Source of the DNA: Selaginella moellendorffii
Taxonomy: Eukaryota > Plantae > Lycopodiophyta
Reading direction: 5' to 3'
NCBI RefSeq assembly: GCF_000143415.4
Contig: NW_003314346.1
Location: 831,405 to 845,143, forward strand
DNA length: 13,739 nt
Shown: positions 1 to 9,862 of the stretch, in pieces
How the letters are laid out: each line of letters opens with the position of its first letter
Numbering within the stretch: the first letter of the stretch is position 1
The notes under the pieces: generated by a model
The model's database searches: none
What the model was told of the DNA's origin: nothing
The model's input: the letters and a program-made list of their open reading frames with translations, nothing else
Made by a program: the position numbers and the translations under genes

Positions 1-2750
1 GAGGCAAGGATTGCTGGCCGCAAGTACCACAGAGACGTCGAGTGCCAAGCTGGGATGCGAGTTCACCTGGTAAGGGAACCAGAAAATCCCATGGATACAT
101 ACGCTGTGAAGGTAAACTTGAGTGAATGGACGTGTTTCATGGCTGACAACAACATTGCGCCAGGTGCTTACAGCGGATGGGCTTTCGCTGGGACATATTC
201 CAAAAGAGCATTCGCGTTATTTTTCTCCTCTCATGGACAAAGGCGTGGTAGACGTTCAGGTAACTAATCTCTGGGGCGTTTTTCAATTGTTCACAAAGCT
301 TTCAGGGATATGTCTCCGAGAGTACATCTGAAGCTGCACGCCTCAAGCTTGATTTCCGTGAGATCCAGAGTCGGACTATTGGAAGTCTCTCAGAAGAAAA
401 AGTGCTGGCTGTCAAATGGAGCCGTCTGATGGATGCAGCTGACAAGGGACAAGACCACGGCTGTCGATACCAACAGAATTTTCTCTACATGCTCCAAGTG
501 GTATTGGAACGGGATCTCCATCTCTTTACTCCAGACGAGATCGAACTTCTCGAGGCATTTCGTTCAATCTCGTCTGATGGACAGCGCCTTTTTGTAAGAT
601 TGGCTCAACGAAAGGGTAAGCTAAACACCGTCGCACAAACTGTGACTCAAGGGAGACTGTGGTTTTGCAGGGCCATGGTTCCGTCTTCAGAACATTTTCT
701 ATGAAGATATTGGTGACACAAATTCTGCAGTCCATGAGTTAGTCGGTACTCAATTTCTTTCATCGTGTACTTCATAATATGTTTGCTCCCTTGTAACAGA
801 GAGACGCTACTTAGTTTTCAACGCGGACGTCAATTCGTCTGAGTTGCTTGAACATCTGACTGTACAAGAGCTCAAAGATTTGGCAGTGAACAGCAAAATC
901 ATGGTAGTTACTTCTAAGACTTTCTTCCTTGTTTTCATTTCTGTTCCTGCTTACAGATCAAAAGTGCTACGCTAAGTTTGAAAAAGATTCAGCTTATTAC
1001 AGCAATTCGAGATGCATTGATTTCGCTGCATTTGTAAGTAGCAAGTGATCATTGGTTTTTTATACAAGCGTGAAATACTTGGCGGCAGTAATCTAACGGC
1101 TTTAATTCGTGAAGCAACCGGCCCATGCATTCGAATAGCCGAAACACTTGAAGTTCTACTTTGGCGTTTACAGGTCAGTTGACATCCTCTCCAAAGTGTT
1201 ACACTGCTGATGCTGAGCAATTTATTTATTTATTTATTTATTTATTCAGAGGCTGTTCTTTCTAAACGGTGAGCAGGAGTTCCATGTTTTTCTTCTTGTG
1301 GATATTGGAAGGATCAAGTATCCAAGCTATAGGTGCGCTAGAACAATGCCAGTCTTTGCTTCTCGAGAGGACTTTCTGGCGTATGAGCAGGTCCGTTCCT
1401 ACTTTGTTATAAAATTTGTCTGACCGTCGAGTTTTCAGGCATTGCAATTGGCTCAGGTGGTTGACATGTCCCTGGAAGCTGGTAATTCTGAGGCTGTAAA
1501 CTCCTCTTTTCGAAAAGCAAGGACTACACTCGAATTGATCAATGCACACACCGAGATCAAGCATCCATTTTTAGCACGGTTTTCGGCTGCATGGGTGCAT
1601 GCAACAATCTGTACTGTGGCTGCATCGTTTCTGGAGAAAGAACGCAGGTACGCTCTTTCACCAATGGCGGACAATACTTTTGAACGAAAACTGGCTCTTG
1701 ACCAGATACGCTGAAGCTGTAAACCTCTTGAAGCAGCTCCTTAGCATGCAGTATTGTCCTGGACGGAGAGGATACTGGACTCTCCGGCTATCTATTGACT
1801 TGGAGCACTTACAGCGTTTAGAAGAGAGCCTGCTCGTTGCAGAAAACGGATTAAATGATTTCAACGTCCGAGGAGGGGATCGTGTCGCTTTGCAACGGAG
1901 GGTTCTCCGACTAGGAAAACCTCCTAGAAGGTGGAAAGTACCTCCATATGCAGCGCTTTTAAAGAAAAAACACAAGGTGGTACGTACTGTGTCTTCCAGA
2001 TATTTGGCCTTCAGCTACAACTCTGTTTCTGAAGGTGAGGATTATGGGAAGGCCGCTAAACAATGCCAATGGAATGAAGAGCAGATTTTATGGCTACGAT
2101 GGGCAACAATGCAGTGTGGAGGACCTGGCACTTCAGTACTATGCCGGAGAAGATGGAGGCGGCTGGAAAGGAGTCCATTCAGAAAGCGGCATATGGCTGA
2201 CATTGTTCGGGCTGCTCATGTGGGATGTTATCTTTTCAGACGTTCCAGATTTCTTCCAGACACCTTTTCAGGTTCTTGTTTCATTTTATCGTGGTTGCTC
2301 TACAGTTCTTGTTTGCAGACTGCACCATTGGACTTGTGCACGGATTCATTCTATCCAGTCCGAAGCTCGCTTATTGAATCTCGTCTTCAAGCCATACGCG
2401 ATGGCGGAGCTAGGCAACTCGTGGCTGAGACTTGGGCAGAGCACTACGGGACATCATGTAGCGGGGTAAACTGGGAGAACTCGCTTGAAGACCTTCAAAC
2501 AATAACGGTCTGTATCGGAGGTCCAGGATTGTCGGTGATTTGCAAGCTTCTTGCAGAAGACCACAGTAACTGGACGGCTGGAATGCCTGATCTTCTGCTG
2601 TGGAAGGAGAAAGAGGCAAAGCTGGCCGAAGTCAAGGGTCCAGGGGATCGCTTGTCCGAGCAACAGGTGGCCTGGTTTCTTATTCTCTCGGACGCTAATG
2701 TTCCAGTGGAACTTTGCAAGGTCTCCAAGACGATGAATGATCGATCCTAG
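1..2750 (+). CDS. FAN1: Fanconi-associated nuclease 1 homolog, 5'-partial, 12 exons in window
   Basis: Manual GT-AG splicing gives exons 1-111, 164-259, 306-615, 671-745, 800-903, 957-1033, 1089-1173, 1250-1390, 1439-1647, 1706-1979, 2035-2271, 2319-2750. These total 2151 nt in one open frame ending at TAG 2748-2750. Motifs: HIRAN (IAGRKY..LVREPENPMDTYAVKV..LGHIPK), QRLFVRLAQRKGPWFR, TGPCIRI, RLFFLNGEQ, GRRGYWTLRLSIDLEHL, LGKPPRRWK, GVHSESGIWLTLFGLLMWDVIF, and the VRR-NUC PD-(D/E)xK site GMPDLLLW...EVKGPGDRLSEQQ. Confidence 0.96.
1220..1246 (+). repeat. (ATTT)n microsatellite in FAN1 intron 1174-1249
   Basis: About 6.75 ATTT copies directly before the CAG acceptor. This intron is 76 nt; the others are 46-58 nt. 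Confidence 0.95.
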
Positions 2751-3039
2751 ATGAGTAGTGCCGGGCCCGAGACGGCTGCGCAGGCCTCTGCAACTTGCTC
2801 CGCCTTGCTTGAAGTCATAAGAACCGGTAAGCACCCGCTGTGGACTGCGAAGAATCCATTGCGCGCTACACACAGCCAGTGCCAAGTCCTCAGTGTCACC
2901 GTCTCAAGAGCTCTTCGATCGGGACCGCGAGGTGATAGAATCACCACTCGGCCTCCACCGTCATCTTAAAGATCCTCTCGGTGGAGGATCAGGAAATGCG
3001 AGTTCCAAAGAGATGAATCACGAGGGATTCCATGCACCT

Positions 3040-3350
3040 TAAAGACCATCCCCCGCGACTCTGTCATCCTTGATGAGTATCCTATCGAACAATGCAGTTG
3101 CTTGCTCCATATCCCCATTGTGGGCATGGAGTCCGTTGGGAGAACACGTAGAGACTAACCATGATCGCACTGAGGCATCCCAAAGAAGATTTGGCTGGCG
3201 TGATGCATGTCTCGGCCCGAGCCAAGCCCGAAGAGCTCGTTGGGGCATGACAAAGTCTTTGCCTCGTCAATCGGGGCATATGTGCTCACTATTGTCGTCC
3301 AGGTCACCACCTTTGCCTCGTCATGATGCCCAAAGTGGGCATATGTGATA
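3040..3350 (-). pseudogene. Degenerate PLS-class pentatricopeptide repeat (PPR) gene fragment
   Basis: Minus-strand peptides in shifting frames: TYAHFGHHDEAKVVTWTTIVSTYA, HASQIFFGMPQCD, AHNGDMEQATALFDRI. These resemble the PPR consensus YAQxGxxxEAxxLFDxMPxxxVVSW. Frameshifts and deletions are present. CTTTGCCTCGTCA recurs at 3257 and 3311. Confidence 0.75.
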
Positions 3351-3389
3351 GCAGAATGTGACTTGCTCGCCAGGATGAGCCCAACACGG

Positions 3390-3700
3390 GAGGATTCGAG
3401 TGCAGGGCTCTGGGTCCCAAGCTCTATCTCCTTGCAAATCGGTGAGCGTCTTCGATGCACGCAAGAATCAATGGAGCTTCGCAGCACCAATGCTGCGTTC
3501 TCCACCGCAGGAAACGAAATCTTTTACAACCAGGTGATCTTGAGCTCGCCCGGTGGTGCCGGACAGACGCTTGTTTTCGCAGCCCAAGATCTTTCCTGGG
3601 AAGTGGCGACTGGATTGCCCCGGCGCCACTACTTTGTGCACCTATGGAACGACATGGCCGGATCATTGTGTTGGAGGCAAGAATGCAGCTGACGACCGCT
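3390..3700 (+). pseudogene. Gene remnant, possibly alpha-1,4-glycosyltransferase (GT32/Gb3_synth C-terminal region)
   Basis: Motifs occur in order: LGPKL (frameshifted), EIFY, LSWE, HYFVHLWN. This resembles GPxL..FYPxxW..YxxHLWN. Intron-like GT-AG segments lie at 3442-3510 and 3534-3582. Recognition is weak. Confidence 0.3.
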
Positions 3701-3898
3701 TCTTCCACCGATCACAGGTTTTTCTTCCGCGCCGTTCAGATTCTTCGAGCTTAGATGAGCTACTAGCTAAAGATGAATAAGTTATCTACAAGGATGTCGT
3801 GTTTGCAGATGAAAAGTTCTATGAAATGGTTTTTTTCTGTGTGAGTACGGTTGAGGTCTATTGGGAGGGCGAGGCCGGTCCGCTAAGGCGGCATTACA

Positions 3899-4256
3899 AT
3901 GCTCCAGGGCCGCGAGAGCTTGATTCGGGTTGTAGGGAAGCGGCAACGCAGTGTGTCACTCCAGGACGCTCCGCCAGCTCAGGTGAGTGATCGAGCTTGT
4001 AATCGTTTTCTTGGAGTGCTGTGATGTCAAACAGCTTAGCTTGTTGTGACTGCCCTGTGGGAAGCAAACGCGGGAATGAACTTCTTGCCAGTTGCCATCT
4101 TGGTTTGGAGTTTGCTCTGTTTTGATTCAAGCAGGTTGATCGATGGTTTCTCTTGTCCAGATACTTGCCTACCAAGTGGGAAGAAAAACACGTTCCAGAT
4201 GTCTTCCAGACACACTTCAGGTTCTTGTTTCATTTTCTTGTGGACTTCTTCTGCTC
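3899..4256 (+). pseudogene. FAN1: FAN1 duplicate, 5' part (N-terminal exons joined by deletion to the penultimate exon)
   Basis: Exon 3899-3982 encodes MLQGRESLIRVVGKRQR, matching the plant FAN1 N-terminus pattern MLxGRESLxRLxGKRRR. Intron 3983-4034. A frameshifted exon to 4102 reads DCPVGSKRGNELLASCHL. Intron 4103-4160, then DTCLPSGKK (UBZ-like). 4190-4243 aligns closely with 2240-2294 of the intact gene. Confidence 0.85.
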
Positions 4257-4260
4257 TGTA

Positions 4261-4271
4261 GGTATCAGAGC
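4261..4271 (+). other. Primer binding site (tRNA-iMet type) of the copia element
   Basis: GGTATCAGAGC matches 11 of 12 nt of the canonical TGGTATCAGAGC and lies just upstream of gag. Confidence 0.88.
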
Positions 4272-4314
4272 TCAGTTTCTGAATTCTTTCTTCTCCTTTC
4301 TTTGTGCCTCACAT

Positions 4315-7300
4315 CATGAGCTGCAGCAAAGTTGGATTGATCTTGCTTCAGGGAGTCACTGCCTTTAATGGGAGGAGAGGGTTCAACACCTGGTCCGAGA
4401 AAATGATGCGCGTGCTGCAGATGGAAGAACTATGGGAAATTGACTTCGGTGGAAGGAGAAGTTGTGGATGAAGAGGCAATTCGTGCCTCTGTTGCAGCAG
4501 CTCGACAACAGCTTGATCTTGGGGAACAAGCTGCACTGGAAAAGAAGGAATCTCGAGCAAAAGGATTGATTCTTTCTAAGCTTGCAGATGCCCTTATGAT
4601 GCATTTGCATCATAAGAGTGCTTGTGAGATCTGGGCTCATCTTCACAACAAGTATGTTGTTCTTTCCCTCTCCAAGATCAGCATGGTTGAGATTTGCATT
4701 CGTGAGACCCGTTTTCATCCAGGTGAGAACTTTCAAGAGTTCCTCGCCAAGATGCAAGATCTGTGGATGGAGCTTGAAGGCAGTCCAGCGGCATTCAACG
4801 AAAGCAAGAAAATTCTGGCGCTTTGCGAGGCCATGCAAGATTCTTCTTTTAGTTCTTTCATCCCTACCATTTGCATGATGTCGCTCAACTTTGAACAAGC
4901 TGATCAAACTTTACGCTCGGAGCTGGCTGTGAGAGGTTTGATTGTGGACTTTGATCAGAGGCCTTTCCATGTTTTGATCTCACAGTCTACATCAAATGTT
5001 TCTGCATCAAGCAATCAGTCAGGGACTGATTCAGCTCTGTGGGCTGGAAATCATCGAGGCAGAGGAGGCCACGGAAGAGGAGGACGAGGCAGAGGTCGCG
5101 GGTTTAGGGGAAATCTACAGCAGCAGCAGAATTCAGGGAATTTGGGTAAAGAAGCAGCAGTTTGAGATTGTTTTGTGGGCAAGAACAAACAGGAATGCTG
5201 GACCTGTGGGATGCCAAGACACTACTCCAAAGATTGCCCAGTTGCAACTTGGCTACAGCGCATGAATATAAGGCTCACAGCAAATGCTTAGGAAGGGGAA
5301 ACACATGAACTTGTGGCATCATCTAAGGTAGCAGTTCCAAATGTTTCTGAAAAATTGACCATCGATTCAGGTTTAGAGAGACACCTGATGCAAAGCCGGT
5401 CGAACTTTGTGCAGTTGCATGCTGCAAAAGGGAAGTGCATTCATGTGGGAGATGGAAGCATTTTATCTGTTCGTGCAACTGGGGATGTGCGAGTTCCACT
5501 GGGAAGAAAGTCTCTGCTCTTGAAGAATGCATGGTATGTTCCAAAGATAGTGAAGAATCTGGTTTCTATAGCCAGGCTTACAGATGAAGGTCTGGATGTG
5601 AATTTCTCCAAACATCAATGTCAAGTTCTTGCAAATGGTCGTCCATGCATTTTCCAGATGTGGTAACCTATTTGAGAAGGAGATAGCTTCTGGAGAAAAA
5701 TCAAACGCTCTTGAGATATGCATGACTGCAGATAGTTCTCTTTGGCATGCTCGACTTGCACATGCCTATCCCCCTCTCATCAGGCGTATGCAGAAGCAGG
5801 AGCTTGTGGATGGCTTCAATGACAACGTTCTTCAAAGTTCAGCTGCATTCTTGGCAAGCAAACCCATTTTACTTTCAAACCTGCTATGATTAGAAGCACT
5901 TGTCCCTTGCAGCTCGTTCACTCAGATGTTTGTGGACCCATGCGACTGTTTGCTCATGGCGCGAAGTATTTTGTGACATTTACAAATGATTTCTCGAGGC
6001 ACACGGACGTCTTCTTTCTTCATTACAAAGATGAAGTCTTCAGCAAATTCAAGCAATTCATAGCAGAAGCAAGCTGGCCTTTCTTGTTGGATACGACTCC
6101 AATTCAAAAGGATATCACCTATACCAGCCTGGTAATCATCAAATTTTTGTAAGCACTGACGTTCGTTTTAATGAAGGAACACTCTACAAAGATCACGTTC
6201 AAGAAGGAGGAGGCTCAGATCAAAACATGAACTGGACTCTGGAAGAATGGAGTTAGGATGGTGTTGAAGACGTTGATGAAGATGACGATGATCTGACAAT
6301 CATCTATCCCTCATCTCCTTCAGTAGACGACCATCCAACACCAGTCTCTAGATCTGTTCTTCCTGAAGAACAAGGCGATGCTGCTCATCGTGCACGAACT
6401 GGAGAAGTCAACAGGATCACACGTGATCTACCATTCAACATGGAGAACTATGGGCGGACATCATCTGGACGATCAAGCAGAGCACCTCATCCCAAGCAGT
6501 GGTCTTTTGCAGCAACAGAAATAGCTTATGAACCAATCAACTTTGAACAGGTGATTCAAACTCTTGATGCAAATAAGTGGATTTCAGCAATGCAAGATGA
6601 GTTGAATTCTCTTGATGAGAACCAGACTTATGACTTGGTGGAAGCTCTTGAAGGACGTGAAGTTGTCAGACTATGCTGGGTGTTCAAGCTTCACAGAAAT
6701 CCTGATGGATAGTTCAGCATTACAAGGCAAGACATGTTGCTCAAGGATATTCACAAGTTCCTGGAGTGGATTTTGATGAGATATTCTCACCAATTGTGAA
6801 GCAGACAAGTATCAGAACGCTTTAGCAGAGTTTGGTTTGCATGCACATCACATAGACGTAAAAACAGCCTTCCTTAATGGGAACTTGAAGGAGGAGATAT
6901 TTATGCAGCAACCCCCAGGCTTTGAGCTTTTTGGATCACGGCGTTTGAACTGGTTTGCAAGCTTCACAAGGCTCTTTATGGCCTTAAGCAAGCTTCTTGT
7001 TAGTGGTATGAATGTTTGGATTCTTTTCTTACGGGTCTTGGTATGTAGAGGTTGAACAGCAATGGAAATCTATATCTTCTTCAGCAGGGTGATCACTTTG
7101 TTGTGATGGCAGTTTATGTGGACAACGGTTTGATTGTCAGCAATAGACACTATTTTGAAGGATGTGAAGGTCAAAGCTCATGGACAGGTTTGTGATGAAG
7201 GACTTAGGAGCTGTACAGCAGCTGTTAGGGATGGAAGTTGATAGGGATGAAGCAAACAGGACAATCACCCTCACACAACGCTAATATGTGAAGAAGCTTC

Positions 7301-8060
7301 TCAACCAGTTCAACATGACAAGTTGTAAATTCGTGGCTACACCAGTCATCACTGGCATCAAGTTCACAAGCAAGATGGATGATTTACTTGATCAGCCCTC
7401 AGTCTACTGATCACTTGTTGGAGGACTACTCTACCTCGCCAACATGACTCGCCCTGACATCTCCTTTGCTGTTGGTCTCCTCAACCAATACATGCAGTCT
7501 CCGAGTTGTTATCATTGGCAGATGGCAAAGAGAGTTTTGAGGTATTCGAAAGGAACAACTGCTCATGGATTGGTTTACAAATGCTCAAATCAGTCCAAAC
7601 TTGTTCTTCAAGCTTACTGCGATGCAGATTGGGCTTGGATACACAACATTCAAGCTCCGGAATTTGCTGCACAATTGCTGGTGCTCTGGTTTCATGGGGA
7701 AGCAAGAAGCAAACGATGGTTGCTCTTTCCAGTGCAGAAGCAGAGTACGTAGCTACCAGTACAGCAGCAAGGGAGATCATCTGGCTTCATCGATCACTTG
7801 GAGAACTCAATCAACAGCAATCAGATGCGACCATTCTGCATTGCGACAGCAAAGGTGCAATCGCCATGTCAAAGAATCCTGTGTTTCATGCTCGTACGAA
7901 ACATATAGACATGCAGCATCACTTCATTCGCGAAAGTGTAGCAGCTGGAGATCTTCACCTGGAATATGTTCCTTCACAGTATCAGTTGGCAGACCTTCTA
8001 ACCAAGCCACTTTCAGAGCTCACATTCATCAAGCTGAGGAATCAACTTAGAGTGTCAAGT
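4315..8060 (+). pseudogene. Copia gag-pol polyprotein, multiply disrupted
   Basis: Gag N-terminus FNGRRGFNTWSEKMMRVLQMEELWE; RGG tract; zinc knuckle CWTCGMPRHYSKDC (about 5197-5238); protease IDSG (about 5361); LWHARLAH; integrase LVHSDVCGPM with most of the catalytic core deleted near 6070; RT WISAMQDELNSL, HIDVKTAFLNG and YVDN in place of YVDD; RNase H YCDADWA, SSAEAEY, HARTKHID, QLADLLTKPL. Many stops and frameshifts. Confidence 0.93.
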
Positions 8061-8071
8061 GCCCTCAGTTT

Positions 8072-8081
8072 GAAGGGGGAG
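8072..8081 (+). other. Polypurine tract of the copia element
   Basis: GAAGGGGGAG follows RNase H and immediately precedes TGTAGG. Confidence 0.85.
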
Positions 8082-8292
8082 TGTAGGAATAATGATGAAC
8101 ATGACAAGCAAGATGATTCATATCAAAAGCAATCCAAATCGTGATCAAATCTCTGGTGATTTCTAATTTGATTGAAGTTGTATATATATATATATATATA
8201 TACAGCCATACATGAATCAATGTGGGTGTTGAAGTGAAATCTGTTGTTCTTGCTCTGCTTTTCTTTCATGATCTTCTTGTTTGCACGTTACA
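8082..8292 (+). repeat. 3' LTR of the copia element (right end uncertain)
   Basis: Starts TGTA right after the PPT. Candidate end is TACA at 8292; CA at 8268 or 8337 are alternatives. There is no partner LTR to confirm the end. Confidence 0.6.
8181..8202. repeat. (TA)11 microsatellite in the copia LTR
   Basis: Directly visible. Its position fits an expanded LTR TATA box. Confidence 0.95.
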
Positions 8293-8338
8293 AGAGGCTC
8301 TTTGTGTTGAAAAAACCTTGTTTTGTGTTATTTCGCAG

Positions 8339-8625
8339 AGACTGCACCATTGGACTTGTGCATGGATTTCTTTCTATCCAGTCTGAAGCTCGCTTATTGA
8401 ATCTCCTTTTCAAGCCATATGCAATGGTGGAGCTAGGCAACTCGTCGTGGAAGCACTCTGGGAGGGTTAACTGGGAGAATGAAGACCTCCACACAATTAC
8501 GGGATTGTCAGTGATTCATATGCTTCTTGCAGAAGACCAAGGAGGGCAAAACTGGTCAAAGCCAAGGGTCTGGGAGATTGCTTGTCCGAGCAACAGGTGG
8601 CCTGGTTTCTTATTCTCTCGGATGC
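8339..8625 (+). pseudogene. FAN1: FAN1 duplicate, 3' part (degenerate VRR-NUC exon)
   Basis: Collinear with 2317-2695, for example ACTGCACCATTGGACTTGTGCA and CTTGTCCGAGCAACAGGTGGCCTGGTTTCTTATTCTCTCGGA. About 90 nt are lost in several deletions, including the catalytic GMPDLLLW segment. Confidence 0.95.
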
Positions 8626-8720
8626 CAGGGAGCTGGACCTGGCATGCTATGCATGAGCTCCTTGGCCTCCTCCAGCCCTCCAGACTTGGTGAGAACGTCC
8701 ACAAGGCAATGCTTGAGATA
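8624..8720 (-). pseudogene. PPR (PLS/E-class) C-terminal fragment
   Basis: Minus strand reads HCLVDVLTKSGGLEEAKELMHSMPGPAPW, matching HYxCMVDLLGRAGxLEEAxELIxSMPxxP..W. Confidence 0.8.
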
Positions 8721-8913
8721 GAATGACTCACTTGTAGCGCTATGCCTCGTGGAACATCGCTCACCTTAAAGGAAGGATTGCGTTCCAAGGAATCTGCTTT
8801 AGATTGGAGGATGAAGGGCTGAATGTTTCCATTGGAATCTAACGATTGAGAAGATCTTCTTTCAAATAGATGTGATACGAACTCACTTCTGGTTTCTGTT
8901 TTTTCTCTTGCAG

Positions 8914-9862
8914 GCATAGTCATAACTGGTGGCATTTAGAGCTTTGTCATCTAGAGGGTGGTCCAGCTGAGAACGTGCTACGCATATTTGACACCCGTAT
9001 ATGGGGAGCCCACGAAAGAGCTGAAAGGGATACATTTGCGGTAAGCTCTCTTAACAGAAAAATCCAACACTAAGTAATCAATAATGTGCAGGTGAGCTTA
9101 AACGCGTTGGAATTTTTGCTGTGTCTTCAAGTAAACAGATTTGGAGATCACATCACGAAGCTCTTTGTGGACAAGGTACATGGGCTGGCGGCGATTTTTG
9201 AACTTATATTTTCCTTACTTTTTGTGTTTAGTCCACATAATTTTCTGGTCCTTTGGTCACTGGTTCGAAGCTCTTTATTGCAGAGGCCAAACAATTACTC
9301 TCATATTTGAATCAACGGTGAGAAATGTTGTCAAAGTGACCTCACTCTGATTCTCATCAGAGCATAAACGATCGGTTCTACAGAGGAGATTCACCAAACG
9401 ATAGTCTGGGTAATCAATGCTGATTTAGTTTGTGCTTGTGTGCTCTAAGTTGTGTTCGTTATTTTCGACCTGTCAGATTGCTTCCGCATTGTATGAGTAT
9501 GGTTCTGGCAACGAAAGTGCTGTCTCTTCACTCTTGGGATCAAAATTTAGTGCTAGGGAGCTCAAGGTTTGCCTGTGCATTCATTGTCCTTGCTCTGCTC
9601 TCCCAGGTGATTGGAGCCTCAAATGAACAGATGAGAGTATTTGGACATCTGTGGGCAACAGCAAGCTCAAATCTGATGGTAGCTTTGGTATGTACAGATT
9701 GATAATGGAATATTCACTATATAAGTATTATATTTTTAGAGCATATAGCAAATTGGTTACCAACAAGTTTATGTTTACTATCCGTACCGACTTGATGCAG
9801 CAAAGGCTGATCCAATCCCTGAGGGCAATTACATTTACAATCTGCTAGAACATATGACATAA
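8914..9862 (+). pseudogene. TTC38-like tetratricopeptide repeat protein, disrupted 3' portion
   Basis: Exons with GT-AG introns: 8914-9040 HSHNWWHLELCHLEGGPAENVLRIFDTRIW; 9092-9175 VSLNALEFLLCLQV; 9232-9317 (stop and frameshift) FLVLWSL..AEAKQLLSYLNQR; 9477-9566 IASALYEYGSGN..LLGSKFSARELK; 9607-9687 VIGASNEQMRVFGHLW; end EGNYIYNLLEH. These fit plant TTC38 motifs THNWWH, YLNALGLL, YEYGRGN and IGASDEQxDVF as I recall them. May extend upstream to about 8770. Confidence 0.8.

Larger units (their letters stand above)
4257..8292 (+). mobile_element. Ty1/copia LTR retrotransposon, decayed, 5' LTR essentially absent
   Basis: PBS at 4261-4271, domain order gag-PR-IN-RT-RH, PPT at 8072-8081, and a 3' LTR starting TGTA at 8082. 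FAN1-duplicate sequence flanks both sides. Ends are approximate. Confidence 0.93.

Noticed and set aside
1599-2750. 383-aa ORF as a standalone gene
   Set aside because: It reads through introns and an out-of-frame exon of the spliced FAN1 gene.
1-2750. Phage or bacterial VRR-NUC/HIRAN defence system
   Set aside because: Spliceosomal introns and plant FAN1 motifs show this is the ordinary eukaryotic gene.
3640-3675. TWPDHCV, resembling a nicotinamidase motif
   Set aside because: No other isochorismatase-family motifs are nearby, and the overlapping frame (YFVHLWN) fits at least as well.
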